64,000 nt of DNA from an uncultured Methanoregulaceae archaeon (GTDB taxonomy: Archaea; Halobacteriota; Methanomicrobia; Methanomicrobiales; Methanospirillaceae): NCBI GenBank assembly GCA_963705255.1, contig OY970061.1, positions 832,001-896,000 of the forward strand. The letters are read 5' to 3'. The notes beneath the pieces were generated by a model. It did not search any database and was not told where the DNA came from. It saw only the letters and a program-made list of their open reading frames with translations. The translations under genes were made by a program, and so were the position numbers. Positions 18,427-29,541 of this stretch are shown piece after piece; within the stretch, counting starts at the first letter, position 1; every line of letters begins with the position of its first letter.

Positions 18427-19809
18427 TTGGTACTGACCGGGTTCCGGGGCACCGGAAAGACCGAGATCGGGAAGATCCTCGCCCTGCAGAACACGGTGCA
18501 GTTTTTCGACACGGACTCCCTCATCGAGCTTGCGACCGGCCGCTCCATCCCGGACATCTTCCACGAGGACGGCGAGGAACGCTTCCGGAACATCGAGCGC
18601 GAGGTCATCGCCACCCTCCCGCCCGCGGATGCCGTGGTCAGTACCGGTGGCGGGGCGGTCGTGGACCCGGCCAACATGGAACGCCTCCGGCGGGACAGCA
18701 TCATGGTCCTCCTCTTTGCGGATATCGACACCATCGAGAAGAGGCTCGAAAACGCCCCCCGCCCGCCGCTCACCGGCCTCCCCCTGAGGGAAGAGATCGC
18801 CGAGATAATGGACCGGCGCAGGCACCGGTATTACGCCTCTGCCGACCTCTGCATCGATACCAGCGAGACCACGCCGGCCGATGCTGCCGGAACGATCAGC
18901 GCCCTCCTGCGGGGCGGTGTCCCGGCGGCGGCTTCCCGGAAGGAGGCCCTTGCTTTTTTCCGGGGAGGACGGATCCCGGGGCCGTCGATGCGCCGGCTCG
19001 AACAGGTCCTGAACGACCCGCCGGACGACCCCCTGACACGGATACTCGGGGTTGCCGGGTATCCCTGCGCCCACAGCAGGGGGCCGTACCTCTTCAACGC
19101 CCTCTTCAGCCGGTTCGGGCTCAACTGCCAGTACACATGGTTCGAGGACCCGGATATCGGAAAGATAATGCGGCTCGCGCGGGATCTCGATGTGAAAGGG
19201 CTCTCGGTGACCATCCCGTTCAAGCAGGACGTGATGAACCACCTCGACGAGATCGACGAACATGCCGCACGGCCGATCGGCGCGGTGAACACGGTGGTCT
19301 TTGCCTGCGGGTCGTCTGTCGGGCACAACACCGACTGGCTCGGCATCCGGAAGCCGCTGGTCTCCCTGAAAGGGTCAAGGGCCGTCCTGCTCGGTGCGGG
19401 CGGGGCCGCCGCGGCCGCGGCCTATGCACTCGTGGACCTCGGGATGGACACAACCGTCCTGAACCGTACCCCGCAGAAGGCGAAAGATCTTGCAGAACGG
19501 GCCGGATGCCGCTGGGCCGGGTGGGACTCGTTCGACGACCTGCGGCCTGACCTTGTCGTGAACGCGACCCCGCTGGGGATGGCGCCGGACTTAAGAAGCC
19601 CGCTGAACGAGGACCAGCTCTACCCGGAACTGACGGTCTTTGACCTGGTCTATACCCCGCCGCTCACGCCGCTCCTCGAAGCGGCACAGCGGAAGGGCTG
19701 CAGGACCATCAGCGGCACCGAGATGTTTATCGAACAGGCGAGAGAGCAGTTCTACCTCTTCTTCGGGATCGATGTCCCGTCGGAGACCATCAGGAAGTAT
19801 CTCACATGA
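18427..19809 (+). CDS. aroK-aroE: Fused P-loop shikimate kinase - shikimate dehydrogenase
   Basis: GFRGTGKT, GEERFR, STGGG and RPPL (AroK); HSRGP, VTIPFK, GAVNT, HNTD, GAGGAA and NATPLG (AroE); the true start may be GTG 18417 with a 1-nt indel. Confidence 0.92.
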   Translation: MVLTGFRGTGKTEIGKILALQNTVQFFDTDSLIELATGRSIPDIFHEDGEERFRNIEREVIATLPPADAVVSTGGGAVVDPANMERLRRDSIMVLLFADIDTIEKRLENAPRPPLTGLPLREEIAEIMDRRRHRYYASADLCIDTSETTPADAAGTISALLRGGVPAAASRKEALAFFRGGRIPGPSMRRLEQVLNDPPDDPLTRILGVAGYPCAHSRGPYLFNALFSRFGLNCQYTWFEDPDIGKIMRLARDLDVKGLSVTIPFKQDVMNHLDEIDEHAARPIGAVNTVVFACGSSVGHNTDWLGIRKPLVSLKGSRAVLLGAGGAAAAAAYALVDLGMDTTVLNRTPQKAKDLAERAGCRWAGWDSFDDLRPDLVVNATPLGMAPDLRSPLNEDQLYPELTVFDLVYTPPLTPLLEAAQRKGCRTISGTEMFIEQAREQFYLFFGIDVPSETIRKYLT

Positions 19810-20807
19810 ACACCTTTGGCAGGAATTTCCGTATCACCACGTTTGGCGAGAGCCACGGTGCCGCAGTCGGTGTCATCATCGACGGGTGCCCCCCGGGAAC
19901 CCCGCTGGCTGAGAGCGATATCCAGCCGTTCCTCGACAGGCGCCGCCCGGGCACCTCCCCGCTGGTCTCCGCGAGGCAGGAAACCGACACCGTCAGCATC
20001 CTCTCGGGGGTCTTTGAAGGAACGACGACCGGCACTCCCATCGCCCTTGTCGTGAAGAACGAGGATGAGCAGCCGAAGGATTACGAAGAACTGCGGTCCC
20101 TGTTCCGCCCGGGCCATGCCGACTTCACCTACCTGCAGAAGTATGGCATCCGGGACCACCGGGGCGGGGGCCGGAGTTCCGGGCGGGAGACGGTCGGGCG
20201 CGTGGTTGCCGGCGCGGTTGCCATGAAATTCCTTGGCAGCAGGGGGATACGGATCTCAGGGAAGATTCTCGAGGTACACGGCAGGTCGGGTGCGGAGGGG
20301 ATCGAACAGGAAATCCTTGCCGCGAAACAGGCCGGGGATTCGGTAGGGGGCATCGCGGAGATCACTGCTGCCGGCTGTCCCCCGGGGCTCGGCGACCCGG
20401 TCTTTTCCAAGCTGGACGCGCAGATTGCGGGCGCCATGATGGGCATCGGGGCGGTGAAGGGAGTCGAGATCGGCGACGGTTTCTCTGCGGCCCGGAGATT
20501 CGGGAGCGAGAACAACGACCCGATCACCCGTGCGGGGTTTGCGAGCAACCATGCGGGCGGGATCCTTGGCGGGATCTCCACGGGGCAGGACATTGTCGTG
20601 CGCATCGCGGTAAAACCGACTCCCTCGATCGCAAAGCCCCAGCAGACGACCGACATTCACGGGAACGACGCGACGATCTCGATCAGGGGGCGGCACGACC
20701 CCTGCATCGTCCCCCGGATCCTCCCCGTTGCCGAGGCGATGCTCGCGCTGGTGCTGGTCGATTGTATGCTGGAACAGGAGAAGTACCGGCAGGGCCAATC
20801 ACCATGA
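19806..20807 (+). CDS. aroC: Chorismate synthase
   Basis: FGESHG, RPGHAD, GGGRSSGRET, GRHDPC. Confidence 0.97.
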   Translation: MNTFGRNFRITTFGESHGAAVGVIIDGCPPGTPLAESDIQPFLDRRRPGTSPLVSARQETDTVSILSGVFEGTTTGTPIALVVKNEDEQPKDYEELRSLFRPGHADFTYLQKYGIRDHRGGGRSSGRETVGRVVAGAVAMKFLGSRGIRISGKILEVHGRSGAEGIEQEILAAKQAGDSVGGIAEITAAGCPPGLGDPVFSKLDAQIAGAMMGIGAVKGVEIGDGFSAARRFGSENNDPITRAGFASNHAGGILGGISTGQDIVVRIAVKPTPSIAKPQQTTDIHGNDATISIRGRHDPCIVPRILPVAEAMLALVLVDCMLEQEKYRQGQSP

Positions 20808-20929
20808 AGGTTCGGAATCCCTGCCCCCCTGTATAAAAGACGATAACGCATCATTTTTTTGGGAAACAGACATGAAACGATTGGATTCATTCCGGAACCA
20901 TGAAAATTGTTAAAAAACGGATTTGAGAG

Positions 20930-21200
20930 AGTCCCCCGCCTCAGGGCCTCTCCGAGGACAGCCCGCAGGGCTGTGGAGAAGTCCGTACGAACTTCGGGCA
21001 CGGCGGGGCAAGAAGGTTGATCCGCCGCGGGGAGGCAATCGTTGCTTCAGCGAAGAGAGTCTGATGACACTCTTCTCGTGTTCCTTCGTCACACAGCAAG
21101 GATTGACTGGAGAAGAACTCTTCAGAGTTCTTCGACTGTGCAAGGTGGGGGCGGCGACGTTCATCGTAATTGGGGATTGGGGGTATCAACCCTATCATCA
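20930..21200. repeat. Intergenic repeat family B with inserted hairpin mini-elements
   Basis: ccccgcc[tcagggcctctccg...]acggcgggg...ccgccgcgg shared with 38478-38700 and 46705-47030. Confidence 0.8.
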
Positions 21201-21304
21201 TATTTTGAATGGTTCAATTTTTAGAAGAAACGCTGACGCATGGGCTACCTACATAACCATTCAGCCACTATCACTACTTCGAGAATCAGGAAATGGGTTG
21301 AGCC

Positions 21305-21544
21305 ATGGAACTCCCGTCCATCCGGTTATGGGTTATATTTTACCTGATCGCTTTTGTGATGCTGCTCTGGGCAGTCTTCCTCTCTTCGCAGGGGACGATG
21401 CTCTGGGTAAGCCTGATGCTCGTGATCGTGGTGATCGGGATCAACTCCCTGGTGGTCGTGAGGGAGATAAAAAGAATCACTGCCCGTGCCGAGATGCAGC
21501 AGAGCCTCACCAGGGATATGCGCGGGGGCAAAAAAGAAGGATAA
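21305..21544 (+). CDS. Small 2-TM membrane protein
   Basis: Two hydrophobic helices and a basic tail. Confidence 0.65.
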   Translation: MELPSIRLWVIFYLIAFVMLLWAVFLSSQGTMLWVSLMLVIVVIGINSLVVVREIKRITARAEMQQSLTRDMRGGKKEG

Positions 21545-21784
21545 CCGTCCTTGTGCGGTTCACTGCCGTCGTGCGTTCATCAGGCAAAATATCTTTGGCA
21601 CGGTTGCGACATCATTCGGATGGAACGTCGGGGATCCCTGACCATTACCGGGCGGCGCCCATGAAGATCGCGACCACGCATGCTGCGCTCTGGCAGTAAT
21701 CCGGCCGGTCCGGTCCCACACTCCATCCAGGGTCTGCCTGCGCAGACAAGGGCTCTGCCTGCCGGGTGGGAAATACTCAAAAAA

Positions 21785-22692
21785 TCAGCGGGGATTCTTC
21801 CCGGTCACCACCGGGTTCCCTTTGTACGACACCCATTCGGTGAACGATCCCTCGTAGATCCGGACCTTCGGGTACCCGAGGAACCACCGGAAGAGGATGA
21901 ACTCGTTGGTCGCTTCACGGCCGGTACCGCACGAGCAGATGATCGTCTTGTCGGGAGTGACACCGGCGGCCTTTATCAGCGCGAGGATCTGGTCCTCCGG
22001 TTTCAGGAGCTTCCTGTTCCGGTCGTCCATCAGGCTCTTCCAGGGCAGGCTGACCGCCCCGGGGATGTGCCCGGGCCGGATCCACGGCCCCTGCCCCTCG
22101 TAAAACGCAGACGGGCGGGCGTCGAGCAGGATCACGTCGGGGTTGTCCTTGATCTTCCGGAATTCCTCGTACCCGATGAAATATTCGGTTCTCAGCTGTA
22201 CCCTGAATACCGAAGGTTTCGTGACCCCGTATTCGCGGGTCAGGGGGCGGTTCTCCTCTTTCCATTTCTCGAATCCGCCGTCGAGGATATACACCTTCCG
22301 GTGGCCGTACCGCGCCAGCGTGTAGGCGACCATCGTCTGTTCAAGCCCGTCTCCGATGAACGTTGCACACGCACTGAGCGGCCCGGAACTCGAGTACACG
22401 ACGACCGGTCTCTCCGGTTCCAGGCCGAGCGTCCCGAACAGTATCCGGGCAGCCTCCGGGGGGATCCAGCGGGTCGGGATCGGGCCCTCGTGAATCCGGA
22501 AAAGCCCCTCGTGCCAGTACACTGCCCCGGGGATATGGTCCTGGATGTACTCGTGGATATTGGGCTGGCAGTCGAGGATCATCAGGTCCCGGTCACCGAG
22601 GTGGCCGGCCAGCCATTCAGTGGAAACCCACTTTACAGGCGCATCGCCTCTTCCGTACGGATAGATCACGGTCATTTCAGTCACCGGAAACA
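21785..22692 (-). CDS. Tandem-rhodanese sulfurtransferase
   Basis: HIPGAV twice, ILDGGFEKW, CSCGTGREA, YEGSFTEW. Confidence 0.92.
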
Positions 22693-22869
22693 TGGATCCG
22701 TCTCCACGCCGTGGAAACGGATATACCCGCTTCTGAACCGGAGATGATAATGATTCCGGCACATTCCATATTTTGGAATAACCGCCGGCAGTTCCCGGCC
22801 TTAAGGGAAAAATGGTTCTGGAGAAATTCTGTTAGTATCTATTTTTTGTAAACCGGATGAAAATGCAAT

Positions 22870-23335
22870 GAGGGTGACCCCCTCTCTCAAGTCGAAGAAC
22901 ACTCCGGGTTCGATCGAAGACCTGCGGTCTTCTCCTGTCTCAAGTCTGATGACTTTCGACATTCTCCAGCCTGTTCTTCCCTTTGGGAAGAGACGTCTCC
23001 CCAGAGGGGGAGGCATCCCAAGAGGTGCATCCCCTTGAATCTCTGAGAGGTCTTTAGACCTCGAAGAGGAGAAGGGAGACAAAAGCCGACCTTCGACCCA
23101 TCTATTACTCCTCCTGTTCTCGCGGGAATTTCTCGCTAACCTTCTGAGTGACTATCCTATTATGGGGGATGCCTAGCGGCGGGAAATTAATCGTCGCATC
23201 AGCGAGGATTAATTGAAAAAGATTTTCATCAGAAAATCTTGGACTGCGGAGAGTCGAAGAACCCTCTGGGTTCTTCTCCAGTCTGCCCTTCCCTCCGGGA
23301 AGAGCAGTCTCCCCCAAGAGCGTCAGAATTTTGTT
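22870..23335 (-). repeat. Composite repeat (families A + C) with nested mini-element insertions
   Basis: ~90 nt near-identical to 35014-35105; scaffold matches 37481-37647 in reverse. Confidence 0.85.
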
Positions 23336-23373
23336 CCAATGATTTCTACAGTGCGGGAAAAATCAGTTCCCGG

Positions 23374-24015
23374 TCACGGCACCGCTCTCATCAGGTTCAT
23401 CAGGGAGACAAATTCCTCCACCGAGTACTGCCCTTCTGCCGTCGTTGTCCCGGTATGGCAGTACACGAACTCCGAGCCGAAGAGGGGGAGGATAGCCCGG
23501 GCGTACCGGAACTGCGCCCCCATCACTCCCGTGCAGACCGGTTTCTTCGCTGCCTCGGTGAAGGAGATCAGATCGATGAGATCGTCGTTGTCCGAGGGGG
23601 TGACCACGATCTTGGGGATGTCCCCGTATACCCGGAGTTCCCGCTCCAGCATGAAGAGCGCATCGAGGGGAATCATCGATCCCGCGTGGTGCGATGCGAT
23701 GATCGTCCTGCCTGCCCCGCGGACGGACGGGGCGTGCTGCGAGAACGTCTGCTCGATATCGATATAGTCCGCGAGCGGGATGAGCGGGCCGATCTTCTCC
23801 ACCCATTCGTCCGCGTTCCCGAAATACTGCCCTCCTTCCCGTGCGGAGCGGAGCGTGGCGATGACCGGCAGCGAGCAGTCCTTCCGGCTCGCTTCGAATA
23901 TCTCCACCGGGTCCCCGTCCATGAGGTCGAGGCGGAGCTCGACCAGGCCGGCACCCTGTGCCTGCGCCCGGGCGGCATGCGAAGGATCGGTCAGCGCTGC
24001 AACAATCTTCATCAA
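23374..24015 (-). CDS. aroD: Type I 3-dehydroquinate dehydratase
   Basis: VELRLD, TLRSAREGG, IASHH, PKIV, GQYSV. Confidence 0.9.
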   Translation of the reverse strand: MMKIVAALTDPSHAARAQAQGAGLVELRLDLMDGDPVEIFEASRKDCSLPVIATLRSAREGGQYFGNADEWVEKIGPLIPLADYIDIEQTFSQHAPSVRGAGRTIIASHHAGSMIPLDALFMLERELRVYGDIPKIVVTPSDNDDLIDLISFTEAAKKPVCTGVMGAQFRYARAILPLFGSEFVYCHTGTTTAEGQYSVEEFVSLMNLMRAVP

Positions 24016-24153
24016 TGGGGGTTGGGCGGCAGTTCAGAAAAAGATACGCCCGGCCCCGCATCGTACATCGGCCGGGAACCTTCCGGGACCGCTGGAGCCG
24101 GTGGATGACAATACCTGTTTATTCCCTCCCGTGCAGACACTATAATCACGGCT

Positions 24154-24690
24154 ATGGAGTATGAGAGGATCTCACAATTCCTGCAAAAGCTTGCAGGGGC
24201 GCTCGGGAGGTGTGTCCTGCTGGCGGTTGTCCTCCCTCTCCTTCCCGTCCTTCTCTTCGGCCTTCCGCTGGCGCCCGCCCTCGCCCTGATCACCGGCGGC
24301 TTCCTGATCGAGTACGGCGCCGCGCCCATCGGTATCGCCCTCGGTCTCCCTCCGCTCTTCGTCTTGTACGTCCTGATCTGTACCGAGACCGGTATCTTTC
24401 TCGGGTTGTTCGACATCTTCGATACGATAGGGAAGACCTCGGCCCCCGTGGCCCGGTTCCTTGAAAAGACGCACCAGCTCGCCCGCAGTTCAAAGGTGAC
24501 GGAGAAGTACGGCATCCTCGGTCTCGTCCCCTGCGAGATCCTCCTCGGCGTCTACATCTGCGCGCCGCTCTCATGGGTGATGGGATGGCGCGAATACCTC
24601 TCGCTTGCGATAACCATCGCCGGTTACTGTGCAGCACTGATCCTCACGATCCTGGCAACCATCGGCCTGCTCGGGGTGCTCGCATCATGA
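24154..24690 (+). CDS. Small multidrug-export-like membrane protein
   Basis: Multi-TM ORF, EKYGILGL pattern. Confidence 0.6.
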   Translation: MEYERISQFLQKLAGALGRCVLLAVVLPLLPVLLFGLPLAPALALITGGFLIEYGAAPIGIALGLPPLFVLYVLICTETGIFLGLFDIFDTIGKTSAPVARFLEKTHQLARSSKVTEKYGILGLVPCEILLGVYICAPLSWVMGWREYLSLAITIAGYCAALILTILATIGLLGVLAS

Positions 24691-27361
24691 CCGGCACCGC
24701 CACCCCCGGATCTCCGCCCGGGAAAAAACCCGGCCGGTTCCCGAACTCCTCGCACCTGCAGGTTCACCGGAAGCATTCCGGGCCGCCGTCGCGGCTGGGG
24801 CAGATGCGGTGTACCTGAGCGGGAAACGGTTCGGTGCCCGGAAATACGCCCCCAACTTTTCCGAGGACGAGATCCGGGACGCGGTCCGGGAAGCGCATGC
24901 GCATGGCATCCGGGTCTACGTCACGGTCAACACCCTCATCCATGACCGGGAACTGGCTGACGCCATGGACTACCTGCTCTGGCTCTACTCCGTCGGGACT
25001 GACGCAGTCCTCGTCCAGGATGCAGGTCTTGCCGCCCTGGCACGCGAGGTGGTACCCGGTCTTCCGCTCCATGCCTCGACCCAGATGACCATCCACAATG
25101 CCGGGGGCGTGCGCCGGGCTGCCGCAATGGGATTTTCCCGGGTCGTCCTCGCCCGCGAACTCTCCCTTCCCGAAGTCAGCCGCATTGCGGATGAGACGCG
25201 GGAGAGCGGTGTCGGCCTCGAGGTCTTTGCCCACGGGGCGCTCTGCTACAGCTACTCAGGCCAGTGCCTCCTCTCCTCGCTCATCGGTGGCAGGAGCGGG
25301 AACCGCGGCATGTGCGCCCAGCCCTGCCGGAAGCCCTATACGCTCGTAACCGGCGGGACCGACCCTTATGGCCGCCCGCTCGGCCTCGCCGAAGTCCCGT
25401 CGCGGGGACCCTACCTGCTCTCCCCGAAGGATCTCTGCACCTTCCGCCGGCTCCCCGGGCTTGTCCAATCCCCGGTCGTCTCGCTCAAGATAGAGGGGCG
25501 GATGAAATCCCCGGAATACGTGGCAACGGTCGTCATGGCATACCGGAGAGCTCTCGATGCCATTGCTGCGGGAAACTATCGCGAGTCTCCGGAAGCATAC
25601 CGCGACCTCCTCCTCGCCTTCAACCGCGGGTTCACCCGGGGCTACCTGTCCGGCGACCGCCACGATACGCTCATGGGAAGGGAGGCCCCGGGCAACCGGG
25701 GGCTCCGCATCGGGACCGTAACCCGGTACCGACCGGAAGACCTCCTGTGCAACCGTCAGGCCCGAGAGCCCGGTCCTCCCCGCCCCGGGGGACGGCCTGC
25801 TCATCTCCGGCCCGGAGATGTCCGGGAACGGGACGGGATTTTCCCTCAACACCGAACCGGTCCGGAACGGCGCGGAGATCTGTTTCCCGGTCCCCCGCCC
25901 GGTCAGTCCCGGCTCTGCTGTCTCCATCACGTTCTCGCGGGAGCTCGACGGAAGAATACGGCGGGCTGTTGCCCATCCTCCCGCCGGCACGCTCAGGGCA
26001 GTTCCCATCGACCTCGCGGTTTCCGTCATGGATGACGGCACGCTGCTCTTCGACGGGAAGATCCAACGCCCTGACGGGAACGTGACAGGGGTCAGTTTCC
26101 ACCCGGACCTCCGCATGGAACCGGCACGATCGCAGACCGGTCACAAGGGACCAGCTGGAGACCCGGCTGAAGAAGAGCGGAGGCACCCCTTTTGTCATCC
26201 GGAACCTGAGCCTCACCTACTCCGGCAGCCTGTTTGCGCCACTCGCTGAGCTCAACCGCATGAGAAGGGACTTCCTTGTAACTGCCGGAGATGCGCTCAT
26301 AGCCGCGTCACTCCCCGGAGAAGAGGAACTGGGCCGGGCGCGGGAGCGGTGGGCGGGACTGGCGCCGCATTACCGGTCCCCCGCCCTTCGGGCAGATACC
26401 CGTCGGCCTTCCAGACTCCGGCTCGCTGCCTATACCGATTCGATCGACGGAGTCAGGGAACTGGCGGCTGCCGGATGCGAGAAGATCTATTTTGAGCCGG
26501 ATTTTACCCTGCCGGAACACCGTTGCAGCGGGAACGGGACCCGCGATTCATGTGAGAACCGGATCCTGGAAGCCATGACCATCTGCCGGGCTTCAGGTGC
26601 CGGTTTTGTCTGGAAATTCCCCCGCATCACCCGGGACTCGTATCTTGAGAAAGTACTCCCTTCAGTACCCTGGTCTTTTCCGGCAGGGCGCCTGCGAATG
26701 CATGGTCGGGAACGCAGGAACGGGAGACGCCCTCCTCCGGGAGGAGCCTTCCCTTGTATTGTCAGGTTCAACCGGGCTCAATATCTTCAACCATGCTGCG
26801 GCTCTCAACGCACTGCCCGGGTCCAGGCTCCTGACGCTCTCCCCGGAACTCTCCGGCAAAGAGATCAGCTCCCTTGTCCGGCTCGCCCGGGCAGGAGCGG
26901 ACAGCCCGGATTTCGCGGTCATTGCCGAGGGTACCGGCGAGGCCATGATCACCGATGACTGCCTCGTCAGGAACCACCTTGACTGCGCTGGGAAAAACCC
27001 GGATACCGGGAAGAGCGCCGGGCGGTTCCTGGGCATCAGGGACACCACCGGGCATGTCTTCCCGGTGCGCATGGACGGGGAGTGCCGGACGAGGATCGGC
27101 AATGCAGCCGAGACCTGCCTCATCGACCACCTCCCGTCACTCCTGGCCGCGGGCGTTGCCGAAGCGGTCATCGACACGAGGGGGAGGACACCGGCATATA
27201 CCCGGGAGATCTGCCGGATCTACCGCGAGGCAGTCGATACGGTCAATACCGGTCCTGCGGAGGGAAATTCTGCCGTGCTGAAATCCCTCAGGGAGCGCGT
27301 CCGGCAGATCGCACTCGGCGGTATCACGGCCGGCCATTTCATACGGGGGCTCCGGACCTGA
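24687..27361 (+). pseudogene. U32-family (RlhA-like, DUF3656) protein broken by about four frameshifts
   Basis: PELLAPAG, HASTQM, HGALCYSYSGQC, NRGMCAQPCR, LKIEGRMK; pieces lie in different frames (breaks near 24725, 25735, 26140, 26670); could be assembly indels. Confidence 0.8.
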
Positions 27362-27452
27362 CAGCAGCCCGGGAAACGGCGTCCAAATATTCATTATACC
27401 ATAGCCAAAATGGTGTAACTGAGATCCGCAGCAGTCCGGAGGAGATTCTGAT

Positions 27453-28121
27453 ATGGCTTCACCCTTGATTCTGGTAAACCTGAAAACGTACAGGGAGGGG
27501 ACGGGGAACCGCGCCCACATGATCGCAAACGCAGCACAACTGGTGGCAAAGGAGAGCGGGGTTGAGATCGGCATTGCCCCTTCCTATATCGACCTCCACC
27601 CGATCTGCCACCACTTTTCCCTCCCGGTCTATGCCCAGCATGTCGACGGGTGCGAGCCCGGCGCAAACACGGGCCATATCACGGTCGATGCGATCCGGAC
27701 CGCCGGGGCTGCGGGATCCCTTGTCAACCACTCGGAGCGACGCCTGACCCTTGCGGAGATCGAGGCCTCGGTCCGGGGACTCCAGGCACACAAACTCATC
27801 TCGGTCGTCTGTTCCAATAACGAGGTGACCAGTGCCGGGGCTGCAGCATTATCGCCCGATTACGTGGCAATCGAGCCGCCGGAGCTCATCGGGAGCGGTG
27901 TCTCGGTCTCAAAAGCGAACCCGGAGATCATCCGGCGTTCCGTGGCGGCGGTCCACGCGGTCAGCCCGAACGTCAGGGTGCTGACCGGGGCCGGGATCCA
28001 GTCCGGGGACTGCGTCCGGATCGCGGTCGATCTCGGTACGGACGGGGTACTGCTCGCTTCGAGCGTGGTCAAATCCAAAGAGCCGGGTGCGGTCCTCAGG
28101 GACCTTGTCTCAAAACTCTGA
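27453..28121 (+). CDS. tpiA: Triosephosphate isomerase (archaeal type)
   Basis: [29 protein letters not shown]. Confidence 0.97.
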   Translation: MASPLILVNLKTYREGTGNRAHMIANAAQLVAKESGVEIGIAPSYIDLHPICHHFSLPVYAQHVDGCEPGANTGHITVDAIRTAGAAGSLVNHSERRLTLAEIEASVRGLQAHKLISVVCSNNEVTSAGAAALSPDYVAIEPPELIGSGVSVSKANPEIIRRSVAAVHAVSPNVRVLTGAGIQSGDCVRIAVDLGTDGVLLASSVVKSKEPGAVLRDLVSKL

Positions 28122-28311
28122 TCCGGGAACTATTTTTGATACCGCACAGGTAAGGGGGGGTAACCCACCCTCCCTCCGGAGAAGGTGTGTTGACTGGCAA
28201 TTGCCGACGCTCCGCCGCGGGCTGCCCTTTCGGGGAGATAATGGTATTTTTTTGGATTTTCCCCGGGCGATTGTGTGGAGATTTTTAAAAAACGGGTGAC
28301 AGGGTCATTCG

Positions 28312-28413
28312 TTATTTCAAGAACAGGTACCAGACTCCCAGAATAACGATGAATAGTACGATCCCGATTCCGATTACCGTCATACTGCTGATTTCTGCCG
28401 ATTCTTCTGCCAT
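28312..28413 (-). CDS. 33-aa single-TM micropeptide (not in the ORF track)
   Basis: MAEESAEISSMTVIGIGIVLFIVILGVWYLFLK*; a TATA-like tatatata lies upstream at ~28472-28479. Confidence 0.55.
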   Translation of the reverse strand: MAEESAEISSMTVIGIGIVLFIVILGVWYLFLK

Positions 28414-28529
28414 CGTAAAAACTCCGGATTCGCGGTCAAAACCACGACAATTAACCGTCCGCTATAGATACTATATATATTTTGGGGAAATCCCCCTATT
28501 CGGATGGATTTTGCGAAAACTCCGGTTAA

Positions 28530-29084
28530 TCAGATGATCAGGGAGATCAGGTCGTGTTTGGTGATCACGCCCCGCACCGTCCTCCCTTCAACGACGAGGA
28601 CTGCATGGTTCTGCTGCAGGATATTGACGACCGTCTCGACATCCATGTCGGGGGGGACCGTGGGGAACCCGGTCTCCATAAAGTCCCGGACAAAGAAGAG
28701 GTGGGTCTTATGGAGGCGCTGCTGCTCGATCGCCTTGACGATGACCGATTCGGATATGCACCCTACCGGCACGCCGCGTTCGATGACCGGCAGCTGGGAG
28801 ATATTGTTCTTCTCAAAGATCTCCACGGCACGGCCGATAGCGTCCTGCGGCTGGACGGCCAGGACCGGGGTGTGCATGATCTGCACCGCCCTGATCTTCC
28901 TGGGTTCGGCACTGTTCAGGACCACGATGATCTTGTTGAGGGTGCTGACCCGGGGATCGACATTTCCCGCCTCGATCCGTGCTACCATGGACTGGCTGAT
29001 CCCGGCGCGTTTTGCCAGTTCGGTCTGCTTCATGCCAAGGGATTCCCGGCGCGATCGGAGCTCTTCCGGTGTTGGTATGTGCAT
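28530..29084 (-). CDS. XRE-HTH + CBS-pair transcriptional regulator
   Basis: QTELAKRAGISQSMVARIEAG; two CBS repeats. Confidence 0.93.
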   Translation of the reverse strand: MHIPTPEELRSRRESLGMKQTELAKRAGISQSMVARIEAGNVDPRVSTLNKIIVVLNSAEPRKIRAVQIMHTPVLAVQPQDAIGRAVEIFEKNNISQLPVIERGVPVGCISESVIVKAIEQQRLHKTHLFFVRDFMETGFPTVPPDMDVETVVNILQQNHAVLVVEGRTVRGVITKHDLISLII

Positions 29085-29316
29085 GGTTGATTACTGATGG
29101 TGATAGGATCATATCAACTTTATTGTTAAAACCGGTTGTTCAGAGAGTGTACGGCAGGATATTGCTTCGCATGATGGCGCGATTCGGGTTTTTTGTGAAA
29201 TCGCCTCCTCAGACCATATATAACCACCGGATATTTTTTTGCCGGAGAGCAAAATGTTTTAAAGAGAGGGGAGATACAGCTGTTAACGGGAATCCAATGG
29301 CCATGATGTTGGATTC

Positions 29317-29541
29317 GTGTTTGATATGAGCGACAGTCCGGACAGCGACGACGACAGTGAAGAGGCCCATCGGGCATTCTTCTCTTTTTTTCCACAAGGG
29401 GGATTCCTGCACAGTGCAGGTCCGGGACAACGGGTCTCCGGCAGACGACAGCATCGTCCCGGGATTACCCTCCATCCATCTGACAGAACCAGATGCCGTA
29501 GTATGACGCACCGGCACACCAGCGGGCTGATCCCCGGATGA
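29317..29541 (+). CDS. Possible small acidic/basic peptide coupled to the ligase cluster
   Basis: SDSPDSDDDSEE N-terminus; stop overlaps the next start (ATGA at 29538-29541). Confidence 0.35.
   Translation: MFDMSDSPDSDDDSEEAHRAFFSFFPQGGFLHSAGPGQRVSGRRQHRPGITLHPSDRTRCRSMTHRHTSGLIPG

Noticed and set aside
22801-23317. Small ORFs over the intergenic repeats (also 14199..14459, 20923..21699, 34958..35494, 37561..37764, 38470..38825, 46670..47075)
   Set aside because: They translate palindromic repeat DNA; the shared peptides reflect the repeats, not genes.
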